In this document: piece after piece, positions 54,021 through 64,000 of the stretch
Layout: the number at the start of each line of letters is the position of its first letter
How positions within the stretch are numbered: position 1 is the stretch's first letter
Assembly: GCF_050871625.1 (NCBI RefSeq)
Contig: NZ_JBJLRS010000003.1
Source of the DNA: Kineococcus sp. SYSU DK019
GTDB lineage: Bacteria; Actinomycetota; Actinomycetes; Actinomycetales; Kineococcaceae
Length of the DNA: 64,000 bases
Reading direction: 5' to 3' (one strand)
Notes under the pieces: model-generated
Database searches by the model: none
The model's input: only the letters and a program-made list of their open reading frames with translations
What the model was told of the DNA's origin: nothing
Made by a program: the position numbers and the translations under genes

Positions 54021-55250
54021 TCACCGGTCCCGGTCGGCCGCGGCGGGTTCCCCGGTCTCGCGCCCGCTCGGGGGGCCGGCCTGCGCCAGCCGGCCCAGCG
54101 CCAGCGCCACCTGGAGCACGAAGCGCTCGCGCGGTTCGGTGGGCGTCCAGCCGCACACCTCCCCGACCCGGCGCAGGCGGTAGCGAACGGTGTTGGCGTG
54201 CACGAACAACGAGCGCGCGCACGCCTCCAGCGACCCGCCCGAGTCCAGGTACGCGGCCAGGGTCTCCAGCAGCGCGCCACCGGCGCGCGCCAGCGGGACG
54301 TAGGCGCGGTCGACCAGGGCGCGCCGCGCCGTCGCGTCGCCGGACAGGGCGCGCTCGGGCAGCAGGTCGTCGGCCTCCACCGGCCGCGGCGCGCGCGGCC
54401 ACGCCCGCGCGGCGACCACTCCCGCCAGCGCCGCGCGCGCCGAGCGCGCCGCCACCGGCAGGGACGGCACGGTCGGGCCCACCACCACCGGGCCCGGGCC
54501 GAACTCCGCGGCCGCCAGCTGCGCCGCCGTCTCGCGCAGGTCGGCCACCCCCGACAGCACGACGACCAGCCGGTCGCCCTGCACGCCGACCAGAGCCTCC
54601 CCGCCCGCGGCGCGGGCCGCCTTGCGCACCCGCGGCACCACCCCCCCGGGGGTCTGCTCCCCGGCGGCGCCGATCACCACGGCCGTGGGCGCGTCCATCG
54701 TCCACCCCAGCGCCGCGGCCCGGGAGGCGATGGTGTCCTCCCCGTCGCCGCGCAGCACCGCGTCCACGACGAGGGCCTCCAGCCGCGCGTCCCAGGCGCC
54801 GCGGGTCTCCGCGGCCCGCGCGTACACGGCCGCCGCCGCGAACGCCACCTCCCGGGAGTAGCGCAGCAGCGCCTCGCGCGCACGCACCTGCTCCCCGGGG
54901 CGCTCCTCGCCCACGACGGCGTCCAGCCCCTCCTCCACGACGGTGATGGCCGTGCGCACCAGCTCCACCGTCTGCTGCAGCGTCACCGAGCGCATCAGCT
55001 CCCGCGGGGCGGTGCTGAAGACCGCCGTGGCCGCCAGCACCGCGGGGTCGGGCTCGGTCAGCCAGCGCACGAAGTCGGTGAAGCCGGCCTGCGCCACCAT
55101 CCCCACCCAGGACCGCTCGTCCGGCGGCAGCGCCGCGTACCAGGGCAGCCCCTCGTCCATGCGGGCCGCGATCGCCGAGGCGAACGTGCCGGCAGCCGCC
55201 TCCAGCTGCCGCACGGTGTCCTCGGACAGCTCCTCCGGGTGCGGGCGCAC
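54021..55250 (-). CDS. PucR-family transcriptional regulator, FasR/MabR-like activator of the fab operon
   Basis: C-terminal HTH of PucR type (LFVHANTVRYRLRRV). Its position immediately upstream of fabD matches Streptomyces FasR and M. tuberculosis MabR. Confidence 0.75.
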   Translation of the reverse strand: MRPHPEELSEDTVRQLEAAAGTFASAIAARMDEGLPWYAALPPDERSWVGMVAQAGFTDFVRWLTEPDPAVLAATAVFSTAPRELMRSVTLQQTVELVRTAITVVEEGLDAVVGEERPGEQVRAREALLRYSREVAFAAAAVYARAAETRGAWDARLEALVVDAVLRGDGEDTIASRAAALGWTMDAPTAVVIGAAGEQTPGGVVPRVRKAARAAGGEALVGVQGDRLVVVLSGVADLRETAAQLAAAEFGPGPVVVGPTVPSLPVAARSARAALAGVVAARAWPRAPRPVEADDLLPERALSGDATARRALVDRAYVPLARAGGALLETLAAYLDSGGSLEACARSLFVHANTVRYRLRRVGEVCGWTPTEPRERFVLQVALALGRLAQAGPPSGRETGEPAAADRDR

Positions 55251-55410
55251 GGGTGCGAGCGTACGGCGACGGGCCCCGGGCAGGCCCCTGGGCTAGGGTT
55301 CGAGAGCGGGGTCCTGCTCCTGCACCGGCACCCGCCGGCCCCGGTGGCCGGCGCCGCAGGACGTGCCGGTCCCGCCGCGGGAGCCGACGAGGACACCGGG
55401 GAGGAGACGC

Positions 55411-56091
55411 ATGGGACTGCTCGACCGCTGGCGCCGACGCCCCGCGCAGGGGACCCGGCCGGAGGAGGCGGGGCGGCGCAGGCGCCGCCGCGAAGCCCCC
55501 CCGGCGGAGCCGGTCGTGAACGAGGCCGCCCTGCGCGAGACGCTGCAGGAGGACCCGAACGACGCCGAGGCGTTCGACGTCCTGGTCGAGACCGTGCGGG
55601 CCCGGGCCGCCGAGGCGCACGTGGCCGACCACCCCGCCGAGGGGCACGAGGCGGAGGACGCGCGACGCGCCGCCGACAACGCGGTGTGGGCGCTGGCCGA
55701 GGAGCTCGCGCAGAGCCCGCGGGCCTGGCGGCCGCTGCTGGTGCTGGGCCGGCTCTCCCTGCACGACGACCGCGAGGCCGCGCTGCGCCGCCTGGGCATC
55801 GCCGCCGAGCGCGACCCCTCCGGCACGGGACTGGCCCAGGCGCTGGCGATCCTGCGCGAGGCCGGGATGAACGACGAGGCGCTCAGCCTCGGGGTGGGCC
55901 ACTGGCGCCCCCGCGATCACGACGTCGAGGCCGGTCGCCACCTGGTGGCGGCCGCCATCGACGCCGGGCGCCTCGCCGAGGCGCGCCGGCACCTCAAGGC
56001 CCTGGGGGAGCACCCCGACCAGGACCGGGTGGCGCCGATGCGCGAGGAGCTGGAGGACGCCATCGCCAGCGCGGACCGCGCCCAGCGCTGA
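55411..56091 (+). CDS. Hypothetical helical protein
   Basis: ATG with a ggggaggag RBS. No motif was recognised. Confidence 0.4.
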   Translation: MGLLDRWRRRPAQGTRPEEAGRRRRRREAPPAEPVVNEAALRETLQEDPNDAEAFDVLVETVRARAAEAHVADHPAEGHEAEDARRAADNAVWALAEELAQSPRAWRPLLVLGRLSLHDDREAALRRLGIAAERDPSGTGLAQALAILREAGMNDEALSLGVGHWRPRDHDVEAGRHLVAAAIDAGRLAEARRHLKALGEHPDQDRVAPMREELEDAIASADRAQR

Positions 56092-56204
56092 TCCCCGCGA
56101 CGCGCGCCGGTCCAGCCGGCGCGCACCAGCCCGCGCGCACGAGAGCCCCGCACCGCCGAAGCGGTGCGGGGCTCTCGTCGTCGTGCCGGGGTTCCGGGAG
56201 CGGG

Positions 56205-58961
56205 TCAGCTCTCCCCGCCGGCGCTGCCGCTGCGCCCGGCGCGCACGTCGTGCAGCTGGTACTTCTCGATCGCCTGGCCGGGTGCGCGCCAGTCCACCTC
56301 GCCGCGGTGGGCGAGCACCTCCAGGGCGCGCACCGCCACCGAGGGGCCGTCGATGTGGTAGTACCGCCGCGCGGCGGCGCGGGTGTCGGAGATGCCGAAC
56401 CCGTCGGCGCCCAGCGAGACGAACTCGCCCGGCACCCACTGGCGGATCTGGTCCGGCACCGCGCGCATCCAGTCGCTGACCGCGACCACCGGGCCGGGGG
56501 CGTCCTTCAGCTTCTGCGTCACGTACGGCACGCGCGAGTCGTCGCCGGGGTTGAGGAAGGCGTGCTCGTCGCAGGCCAGGCCGTCGCGGCGCAGCTCGTT
56601 CCAGCTCGTCACCGACCAGACGTCCGCCACCACGCCGAAGTCGTCCTTCAGCAGCTGCTGCGCCTCCAGCGCCCACGGCACCCCGACGCCCGAGGCCAGC
56701 AGCTGGGTGCGCGGCCCGTCGCCCTCGCCCACCGAGACGCGGTGCAGACCGCGCAGGATGCCCTCCACGTCCACGTCCGCGGGCTCGGCGGGCTGGACCA
56801 TCGGCTCGTTGTAGACCGTCAGGTAGTAGATGACGTTCTCGGGGTCCTCGCCGTACATGCGGCGCAGGCCGTCCTTGACGATGTGCCCGATCTCGTACGC
56901 GTACGCCGGGTCGTACGAGACGACCGCCGGGTTCGTGGAGGCCAGCAGCAGCGAGTGCCCGTCGCCGTGCTGCAGGCCCTCACCCGCCAGCGTCGTGCGG
57001 CCGGCGGTGGCGCCGATGAGGAAGCCCCGGGCCATCGTGTCGGCCGCGGCCCACAGGTTGTCGCCGGTGCGCTGGAAGCCGAACATCGAGTAGAAGATGT
57101 AGATCGGCAGCATCGGCTCGCCGTGGGTGGCGTAGGAGGAACCGGCGGCGGTGAACGCCGAGGCGGAACCGCCCTCGTTGATGCCGACGTGCAGGATCTG
57201 GCCCTGCTCGGACTCCTTGTACGCCAGCATCAGCTCGCGGTCGACCGACGTGTAGTTCTGCCCGTGCGGGTTGTAGATCTTGATCGTCGGGAACAGCGAG
57301 TCCATGCCGAACGTGCGGGCCTCGTCGGGGATGATCGGCACGACGCGCTTGCCGAACTCCTTGTCGCGCATGAGGTCCTTCAGCAGGCGGACGAACGCCA
57401 TGGTGGTGGCGATCTCCTGCTTGCCCGAGCCCCGGGCCGCGACCTTGTAGGCGTCGTCGGACGGCAGGTGCATCGGGGTGTGCTGCACGCGGCGGTGCGG
57501 CACCGGCCCGCCCAGGTCCGCGCGGCGCTTGCGCAGGTACTGGATCGCCTCGTCGCCGTCGCCGGGGTGGTAGTACGGCGGGCGGTAGGGGTCCTCCTCC
57601 AGCTGCTCGTCGCTGATCGGGATGCGCAGCGAGTCGCGCAGGAGCTTGAGGTCCTCCAGCGTCAGCTTCTTCATCTGGTGGGTCGCGTTGCGGCCCGCGA
57701 AGTGCGGCCCCAGGCCGTACCCCTTGATGGTCTTGGCGAGGATCACCGTGGGCTGCCCGGTGTGCTGGGTCGCCGCCCGGTAGGCCGCGTAGACCTTGCG
57801 GTAGTCGTGACCGCCGCGCTTGAGCGACCAGATCTCGTCGTCGCTCATGCCCGCCACCAGCTTGGCGGTGCGCTCGTCGCGGCCGAAGAAGTTCTCCCGG
57901 ACGTAGGCGCCGTTCTCCGCCTTGAACGTCTGGTAGTCCCCGTCCGGGGTGGCGTTCATGAGGTTGACCAGGGCGCCCTGGCCGTCCGCGGCCAGCAGGG
58001 AGTCCCACTCCCGGCCCCACAGCACCTTGATGACGTTCCAGCCCGCGCCGCGGAAGAACGCCTCCAGCTCCTGGACGATCTTGCCGTTGCCGCGCACCGG
58101 GCCGTCCAGGCGCTGCAGGTTGCAGTTCACGACGAAGGTGAGGTTGTCCAGCTCGTCGTTCGCCGCCACGTGCGCCAGGCCGCGCGACTCCGGCTCGTCC
58201 ATCTCGCCGTCGCCCAGGTACGCCCACACGTGCTGCTGGGAGGTGTCCTTGATGCCGCGGTGGTGCAGGTACTTGTTGAACTGCGCCTGGTAGATCGCGT
58301 TCGCCGGGCCCAGGCCCATCGAGACGGTCGGGAACTCCCAGAAGTCCGGCATGAGGCGCGGGTGCGGGTAGGACGGCAGCCCGTTCGGCGCCGCGGAGGC
58401 CTCCTGGCGGAACCCGTCCAGCTGCTCGGTGCTCAGCCGGCCCTCGAGGAAGGCGCGGGCGTACACCCCGGGGGAGGCGTGGCCCTGGATGAAGACCTGG
58501 TCCCCGCCGCCGGCGTGGTCCTTGCCGCGGAAGAAGTGGTTGAAGCCGACCTCGTACAGGGTGGCGGAGGAGGCGTAGGTGGAGATGTGCCCGCCGACGC
58601 CGATCCCGGGCCGCTGCGCCCGGTGCACCATGACGGCCGCGTTCCACCGGATCCACGCCCGGTAGCGCCGCTCGACCTCCTCGTCACCGGGGAACCACGG
58701 CTCGGACTCCGGCCCGATGGTGTTGATGTAGTCCGTCGCCGTCAGGCTGGGGACCCCGACCTGCTGCTCGCGCGCGCGCTGCAGCAGCTGCAGCATCAGG
58801 TAGCGGGCGCGGCTCTTGCCGCGCTCCCCGACGACCGCGTCGAGGGACGCGAGCCACTCCCCGGTCTCCTCGGGGTCGATGTCGGGCAGCTGGCTGGGCA
58901 GCCCGTTGAGGATGGGGCCGAGCCCCGCGGGGCCGTTCCCCGCATCGTCGCGTCTGGCCAC
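56205..58961 (-). CDS. aceE: Pyruvate dehydrogenase E1 component (homodimeric type)
   Basis: 918 aa with high similarity to AceE ([17 protein letters not shown], ThDP-binding [10 protein letters not shown]). Confidence 0.9.
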   Translation of the reverse strand: MARRDDAGNGPAGLGPILNGLPSQLPDIDPEETGEWLASLDAVVGERGKSRARYLMLQLLQRAREQQVGVPSLTATDYINTIGPESEPWFPGDEEVERRYRAWIRWNAAVMVHRAQRPGIGVGGHISTYASSATLYEVGFNHFFRGKDHAGGGDQVFIQGHASPGVYARAFLEGRLSTEQLDGFRQEASAAPNGLPSYPHPRLMPDFWEFPTVSMGLGPANAIYQAQFNKYLHHRGIKDTSQQHVWAYLGDGEMDEPESRGLAHVAANDELDNLTFVVNCNLQRLDGPVRGNGKIVQELEAFFRGAGWNVIKVLWGREWDSLLAADGQGALVNLMNATPDGDYQTFKAENGAYVRENFFGRDERTAKLVAGMSDDEIWSLKRGGHDYRKVYAAYRAATQHTGQPTVILAKTIKGYGLGPHFAGRNATHQMKKLTLEDLKLLRDSLRIPISDEQLEEDPYRPPYYHPGDGDEAIQYLRKRRADLGGPVPHRRVQHTPMHLPSDDAYKVAARGSGKQEIATTMAFVRLLKDLMRDKEFGKRVVPIIPDEARTFGMDSLFPTIKIYNPHGQNYTSVDRELMLAYKESEQGQILHVGINEGGSASAFTAAGSSYATHGEPMLPIYIFYSMFGFQRTGDNLWAAADTMARGFLIGATAGRTTLAGEGLQHGDGHSLLLASTNPAVVSYDPAYAYEIGHIVKDGLRRMYGEDPENVIYYLTVYNEPMVQPAEPADVDVEGILRGLHRVSVGEGDGPRTQLLASGVGVPWALEAQQLLKDDFGVVADVWSVTSWNELRRDGLACDEHAFLNPGDDSRVPYVTQKLKDAPGPVVAVSDWMRAVPDQIRQWVPGEFVSLGADGFGISDTRAAARRYYHIDGPSVAVRALEVLAHRGEVDWRAPGQAIEKYQLHDVRAGRSGSAGGES

Positions 58962-59018
58962 GGTGGTGGTCCTCCCGCTGTCGTCCGTCGGCCCGCGGTC
59001 AGCGGGCGCGTCCCCAGG

Positions 59019-59913
59019 CTATTCCGCCGCCGCGGCCGGCACCGCACCCGGGACCCGCCCGGTGCCCGCGGCCGCCGGCACCGGGCGCAGCCGGTGCCCG
59101 CCGGCGTAGACGTTCGCGGTGGGCGGTCGCAGGAAGCCCACGAGGGTCATGCCCGCCTCGCGGGCCAGGGAGACCGCCAGCGAGGACGGCGCCGAGACCG
59201 CCGCCAGCACCGGCACGCCGGCCATCGCCGCCTTCTGGACCAGCTCGAAGGAGGCCCGCCCGCTGACCACCAGCACGCGCCCGCGCAGCGGCAGGGCGCC
59301 GGCGCGCAGCGCCCAGCCCACGACCTTGTCGACGGCGTTGTGCCGCCCCACGTCCTCGCGCAGGCACAGCAGCCGCCCCGAGGCGTCGAACAGCCCGGCG
59401 GCGTGCAGGCCACCGGTGCGCTCGAAGGCCGACTGGTGCGCCCGCAGCGCCGCGGGCAGCGCCTCCAGCACCGCCGGGTCCACCCGCACGTCGTCCTCGC
59501 CCACCGGGGCGGGCACCCGCGCCAGCACCTGCTCCACGCTCGCCGACCCGCACACCCCGCACGCCGACGTCGTGGTGAAGGGGCGCGCGGTGCGCTCGCC
59601 GGCCAGTCTGCTGCCCGCCCGCGGCGTGACCTGGGCGACGTTGTACGTCGGCTGCCCGTCCTCGCCCAGGTCGGTGCAGTGCCGCAGGGCCACCACGTCC
59701 TCGGCGCCGGCCAGCAGGCCCTCGGCGTGCAGGAAGCCGAGGACCAGGTCCACGTCGTCGCCCGGGGTGCGCATCGTCACGGTCAGCTGCTCGCCGGCCA
59801 CCTCGATCTGCAGCGGCTCCTCGACCGCCAGCGTGTCCACCCGCGCGGTGGAGGACCCGCCCGGGCGCAGGTCCAGCCGCTGCGTGCGCGTGCGCGTCGT
59901 GACCCGTCCCACG
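59019..59913 (-). CDS. fdhD: Formate dehydrogenase accessory sulfurtransferase
   Basis: SACGVCG and GRHNAVDK motifs. The start was trimmed to an internal GTG (VGRVTT...), with plus or minus a few codons of uncertainty. Confidence 0.7.
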
Positions 59914-60090
59914 GGCGCCAGGCTCCCACGCCCGCGGCCGCCGCGCTCGCGCGAGGAGGTCACGCGGAGGTCACGTGAGCGCCCCGTGCGGGCCGTCACC
60001 TTGCGCGCGGGGGGCTCGGTGGGCTGGACTAGGAGGTCACGGAGCACGGACGAACCCCGGCGACGGGGCAGAGGGAAGGCAGGACAGCAC

Positions 60091-60519
60091 GTGGGCGCGA
60101 CCGCGGACCCTGCCGCCGACACGGCGGCAGTGGCCAAGCTGGGCTTCAAGCCCGGTCAGCTCGTGCAGGAGTTCGGCTGGGACGAGCAGGTCGACGACGA
60201 CTTCCGGGTCGCCGTCGAGGAGCTCGTCGGCAGCGAACTGCTGGACGAGGAAGCCGACGACGTCGCCGACGTCGTCCTGTGCTGGTACCGGGACGGTGAC
60301 GGAGACCTGGTGGACGCGCTCGTGGACGCCATCACCAACCTCGCCGAGGGGGGCGTCGTGTGGTTGCTGACGCCCAAGAAGGGGCGCCCGGGGCACGTGA
60401 ACGCCGCGGAGATCGACGAGGCCGCCCCCACCGCGGGCCTGCACGCCACCTCCAGCGTCAGCGCCAGCGCCAACTGGGCCGGCACCCGCATGACGACCCC
60501 GAAGAGCGGCCGCCGCTGA
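60091..60519 (+). CDS. DUF3052 domain protein
   Basis: GFKPGQLVQEFGWDE...VVLCWYRDGDGDLVDAL is typical of DUF3052. GTG start with RBS gagggaagg. Confidence 0.7.
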   Translation: MGATADPAADTAAVAKLGFKPGQLVQEFGWDEQVDDDFRVAVEELVGSELLDEEADDVADVVLCWYRDGDGDLVDALVDAITNLAEGGVVWLLTPKKGRPGHVNAAEIDEAAPTAGLHATSSVSASANWAGTRMTTPKSGRR

Positions 60520-60560
60520 GCGCGCCCGGCCGGCACGCCGCGGCACCAGCGGCCTTCCCC

Positions 60561-61004
60561 GTGCCCGGGGCGGTGGTGCGCGACCAGCACGGGGAGCCGC
60601 TGGGGCTGTCGGAGCTGTGGTCGGAGGGGCCCGCGCTGATCGTCCTGGTGCCCGCCGCGTTCTCCACCCACTGCACCGCCGAGCTCGGGGCGCTGGCCCA
60701 CGACGTGGACCGCTTCGACGACGCGGGCGTCCAGCTCGCCGCGCTCTCCTGCGACCCCGTGCCCGCGCTGCGGGCGTGGGGCGAGGACCGTCGCTACCCC
60801 TTCCCGCTGCTCTCCGACTTCTGGCCCCACGGCGCGGTCTCGCGCGCCGTGGGCGCCTTCGACGAGGAGCTCGGCGTCAGCGAGCGGCTGTCCCTGCTCG
60901 TGCGGGACGGGCGCGTGCTCTGGAGCCTGCGCGGCGACGGGCACGCACCCCGCCCGCTCGCGGCCCACCGCCGGGCCCTGGAGGTGCTGGCCGGGTCCCG
61001 CTGA
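60561..61004 (+). CDS. ahpE: Peroxiredoxin AhpE-like (1-Cys/atypical Prx)
   Basis: VRDQHG...FPLLSDFWPHGAVS, almost identical to the M. tuberculosis AhpE block FPLLSDFWPHGAVS. The peroxidatic Cys lies in FSTHCT. Confidence 0.75.
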   Translation: MPGAVVRDQHGEPLGLSELWSEGPALIVLVPAAFSTHCTAELGALAHDVDRFDDAGVQLAALSCDPVPALRAWGEDRRYPFPLLSDFWPHGAVSRAVGAFDEELGVSERLSLLVRDGRVLWSLRGDGHAPRPLAAHRRALEVLAGSR

Positions 61005-61056
61005 CGCGGGCCCCGAGGCACTACCGTGGGCGGGCCCGGCGCCCGCGCGCCGGTGC

Positions 61057-61129
61057 GGGCCCGTAGCTCAGCTGGTAGAGCACCGCGCTTACACCGCGGC
61101 CGTCGTCGGTTCGAACCCGGCCGGGCCCA
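61057..61129 (+). tRNA. tRNA-Val (anticodon TAC)
   Basis: Acceptor GGGCCCG/CGGGCCC, anticodon loop CTTACAC, T loop GGTTCGAAC. Confidence 0.85.
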
Positions 61130-61149
61130 CCCGCCGCTAAGGTGCGCCC

Positions 61150-62085
61150 GTGCCCGAGCCGACCCCCGCACCGCACTCCGCACCGCCCCGCGGGACGGCC
61201 CCCGAGCCGCCGCTCCCGGCCCCGGCGCTGGGGGAGGTGCTCGAGGTCCTCCAGGACCTGCACCCCGAGCGCTGGGCGCAGCCGTGGGACGCCGTCGGCC
61301 TCGTCTGCGGGGACCCCGCCCGCACGGTGCGTCGCGTGCTGCTGGCCGTGGACCCGGTCGAGGCCGTCGTCGACGAGGCCCTGGACGCCGGCGCCGACCT
61401 GCTGCTGGTGCACCACCCCCTGCTGCTGCGCCCGGTGTCGTCGGTGGCGGCCACCACCGCCAAGGGGCGCGTGGTGCACCGGCTCGTGGAGGCCGGCTGC
61501 GCCCTGTACGTCGCGCACACCAACGCCGACGCCGCCGCCCCCGGCGTCTCCGACGCCCTCGCCCGGGTGCTCGACCTGGACGGCCTCGTTCCGCTGGAGC
61601 CGCTGGCCGCCGAGCCGGACCGCCCCGAGCTCGGCATCGGCCGCGTCGGCACGCTGCCCGCCCCCGAGCGGCTGGCGGACTTCGCCGACCGGGTCGCGCA
61701 GGCGCTGCCGGCCACCGAGCAGGGCGTGCGGGTGGCCGGCGACCCCGACGCCCTCGTGCAGCGCGTCGCCGTGTGCGGCGGCTCCGGCGACAGCCTGTTC
61801 GCGCAGGTGCGCGCCAGCGGCGCCGACGTGTACGTCACCGCCGACCTGCGCCACCACCCGGCCTCCGAGGCCCGCGAGAGCGCGGCGTCCGGTGCCGGGT
61901 CCGGCGCCGCGGGGACCCCGCACCTGGTGGACGTGGCCCACTGGGCCAGCGAGTGGCCGTGGCTGGCCGGGTGCGCCGACCGCCTGGTGACGGCGCTCGC
62001 CGCGCGCGGCCGTACCGTGGACGCCCACGTGTCCACCACGCGCACCGACCCCTGGGCGCTGCGCGTTCCCAGTCGAGGAGAGTGA
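61150..62085 (+). CDS. Nif3-like dinuclear metal centre protein (YqfO family)
   Basis: NIF3 N- and C-terminal halves (LLLVHHP, HTNAD, HW). Confidence 0.8.
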   Translation: MPEPTPAPHSAPPRGTAPEPPLPAPALGEVLEVLQDLHPERWAQPWDAVGLVCGDPARTVRRVLLAVDPVEAVVDEALDAGADLLLVHHPLLLRPVSSVAATTAKGRVVHRLVEAGCALYVAHTNADAAAPGVSDALARVLDLDGLVPLEPLAAEPDRPELGIGRVGTLPAPERLADFADRVAQALPATEQGVRVAGDPDALVQRVAVCGGSGDSLFAQVRASGADVYVTADLRHHPASEARESAASGAGSGAAGTPHLVDVAHWASEWPWLAGCADRLVTALAARGRTVDAHVSTTRTDPWALRVPSRGE

Positions 62086-62092
62086 CCGGCGG

Positions 62093-62836
62093 ATGCCCAA
62101 GGCCCCGGCGATCGACCAGCAGAAGCTGCTGGACCTGCAGGCCGTCGACATCCGGCTGGCGCAGCTGGCGCACCGGCGCGCGAGCGTCCCCGAGCAGGCG
62201 GAGCTGGACTCGCTGCTCGCCGAGCGCCGCCGCGTCGGCGACGTCCTCGTGGCCGCCCGCACCCTCGTCAGCGACGGTGAGCGCGCCGTGGCCAAGGCGG
62301 AGGCGGACGTCGCCCAGGTGCGCGAGCGGGCCGCCCGCAACACCGCCCGGCTGAACGCCGGCGTCGGCAGCGCCAAGGACCTGCAGGGCCTGCAGCACGA
62401 GCTGGAGTCCCTGGCCCGCCGCCAGGGCGTCCTGGAGGAGACCGAGCTGGAGGCCATGGAGAAGCTGGAGCAGGCGCAGTTCGCCGCCGCCGAGCTGGCC
62501 ACCACCGACGGCGAGCTGGCCGAGCAGGTCGAGGACGTCACCCGCCGCCGCGACGCGGTGCTGGACGAGGTCGCCACCGAGGAGCGCGCCGTGCTGGCCC
62601 GCCGCCAGGCCGTCTCCTCGGGGATCGAGCCCGCGCTCGTCGAGCTGTACGAGCAGACGCGCGCCCCCCGCGGCGGCGTGGGTGCGGCGCTGCTGCGCGG
62701 CCGCCGCTGCGAGGGGTGCCGGCTGGAGCTGAACGCCTCCGACCTCGCGGCGGTGCGCGCCGCCGCCGCCGACGACGTCGTCTTCTGCGAGGAGTGTGGG
62801 CGCATCCTCGTGCGCACCGGCGAGTCGGGGCTGTGA
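62093..62836 (+). CDS. Zinc-ribbon domain protein (DUF164 / C4-type, coiled coil)
   Basis: C-terminal CEGC...CEEC and a long coiled coil. Confidence 0.7.
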   Translation: MPKAPAIDQQKLLDLQAVDIRLAQLAHRRASVPEQAELDSLLAERRRVGDVLVAARTLVSDGERAVAKAEADVAQVRERAARNTARLNAGVGSAKDLQGLQHELESLARRQGVLEETELEAMEKLEQAQFAAAELATTDGELAEQVEDVTRRRDAVLDEVATEERAVLARRQAVSSGIEPALVELYEQTRAPRGGVGAALLRGRRCEGCRLELNASDLAAVRAAAADDVVFCEECGRILVRTGESGL

Positions 62837-63960
62837 GCGGCGGTCGCCGCCTGCGCGTCGAGGCCGACGGGGGGTCCCGGGGCAACCCGGGCCCGGCGGG
62901 GTACGGGGCGGTCGTCAAGGACGCCGCGACCGGTGAGGTCCTCGCGGAGGTCGCCGAGTCCATCGGCCGGGCCACCAACAACGTCGCGGAGTACCGAGGG
63001 CTGCTCGCCGGGCTGCGTGCCGCCGCCGAGCTCGACCCGTCGGCGAGCGTGGAGGTCCGCATGGACTCCAAGCTCGTCGTGGAGCAGATGTCGGGGCGGT
63101 GGCAGGTCAAGCACGCCGACATGCGCCGGCTGGCGCAGGAGGCCCGCGCGGTGCTGCCTGCCGGGCAGGTCGACTACGGCTGGATCCCGCGCGCGCAGAA
63201 CTCGCACGCGGACCGGCTGGCGAACGAGGCGATGGACGCCGCGGCCGCCGGGCGGCAGTGGCAGCGCAGCACCACGGCCCCCACCACCACCACCACCACC
63301 GCCGCGACCGCCTCGGCGGTGGCAACCCCCCCGGCGGCGCCCGCGGGCGGCGGCGGGCGGCCCCTGGACCTGGTGCTCGTGCGGCACGCCTCCACGTCCC
63401 TGACCGAGCAGCAGCGCCTGTCCGGCCGCTACGGCGAGGACCCGGAACTGTCCGAGACCGGCCGGCAGGAGGCCCGCCGGGTCGCGGAGTGCGCCGAGGT
63501 GCGCGGCGCCGGTGTCGTCATCACCTCCACGATGCGCCGCTCCCGCCAGACGGCGGAGGCCATCGCCGAGCGCACCGGTGCGCAGGTGCTGGTGGACCCC
63601 CAGTGGGACGAGACCGACTTCGGCGACTGGGACGGGTCCACCGCCGCGGAGGTGGTCCGCCGCTGGCCGGCGGAGTTCGCCGCCTGGTCCACCGACCCCG
63701 CCGTGGCGCCACCCGGCGGGGAACCGCTGGTCGCCGTGGAGCGTCGCGTGCAGCGGGCGGCGGCCGCGCTGCGCGCCCGCTGGGCCGGTGAGCGCGTGGT
63801 GCTCGTCACCCACGGCGACCCGCTGCGGGCGCTGCTGCGCGAGTGCCTGGGCTGCGGCTCGCACATGCAGCGCCGCATCCGCGTGGACCCCGCCTCGCGC
63901 ACGCTGCTGCGCCTGCACGACGACGGCACCAGCGAGGTCCTGGCCGTCAACCGCGTGTGA
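62833..63960 (+). CDS. Bifunctional RNase H / histidine-phosphatase (acid phosphatase, CobC-like) protein
   Basis: RNase H DxxGxS...NNVAEY...D motifs. A Thr/Ala-rich linker follows. The phosphatase RHG motif is LVRHAST. Confidence 0.85.
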   Translation: MSGGRRLRVEADGGSRGNPGPAGYGAVVKDAATGEVLAEVAESIGRATNNVAEYRGLLAGLRAAAELDPSASVEVRMDSKLVVEQMSGRWQVKHADMRRLAQEARAVLPAGQVDYGWIPRAQNSHADRLANEAMDAAAAGRQWQRSTTAPTTTTTTAATASAVATPPAAPAGGGGRPLDLVLVRHASTSLTEQQRLSGRYGEDPELSETGRQEARRVAECAEVRGAGVVITSTMRRSRQTAEAIAERTGAQVLVDPQWDETDFGDWDGSTAAEVVRRWPAEFAAWSTDPAVAPPGGEPLVAVERRVQRAAAALRARWAGERVVLVTHGDPLRALLRECLGCGSHMQRRIRVDPASRTLLRLHDDGTSEVLAVNRV

Positions 63961-64000
63961 GCGCCCGGGGACGGCGCAGGGCCCGGGCGCGGTGCGCCCG

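Noticed and set aside
53910-59978. 2022-aa ORF on the + strand, and similar long ORFs (for example 3864-6275 -, 4900-7035 -, 23307-26669 +, 22759-25845 -, 33947-35956 -, 41395-43875 -)
   Set aside because: They lie antisense to or overlapping genes with strong homology (aceE, fdhD, fasR, ppc, era and others). Their translations are Arg/Gly/Pro/Ala-rich low-complexity sequence, as expected for open frames in about 73% GC DNA. No motifs were seen.

Overview
This is a high-GC (about 72-74%) actinobacterial chromosomal segment, and it reads as conserved core genome rather than an accessory island. The gene order is largely syntenic with the Mycobacterium tuberculosis Rv2228c-Rv2368c neighbourhood. 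Read from the translations, it contains: a partial HD-GYP protein with a (TPTA)n tail; the phoH-ybeY-corC-era operon; a SAM-riboswitch-controlled TauT/SsuABC-type ABC importer; a sugar ABC importer; leuA; a GGDEF protein; recO-uppS; a P450; ppc; hup; a Fur-family regulator divergent from glyS; a flotillin; dusB; dgt; metY; dnaG; a second SAM riboswitch in front of rhodanese-metZ-metE-like genes; ilvA; the FAS-II cluster fasR-fabD-fabH-acpP-fabF with a divergent DUF3145 gene; aceE; fdhD; ahpE; NIF3; and an RNase H/phosphatase. Three tRNAs are present (Asn-GTT, Met-CAT, Val-TAC). Coding density is high, and many long antisense ORFs in the supplied track are GC artefacts. I found no CRISPR array, transposase, integrase or phage gene. 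The most interesting points are listed here. Two near-identical SAM-I-type riboswitch aptamers sit in the window. One fronts a non-canonical transporter and the other a rhodanese-first methionine operon with a short, single-domain MetE homologue. A perfect 12-bp x 21 in-frame minisatellite lies inside the HD-GYP gene. A small islet of two diverged PD40 beta-propeller paralogues plus a DUF4236 miniprotein lies between ilvA and tRNA-Met. A tiny acidic repeat peptide ORF is followed by a perfect hairpin. I could not identify a clearly novel multi-gene system with confidence from sequence alone.
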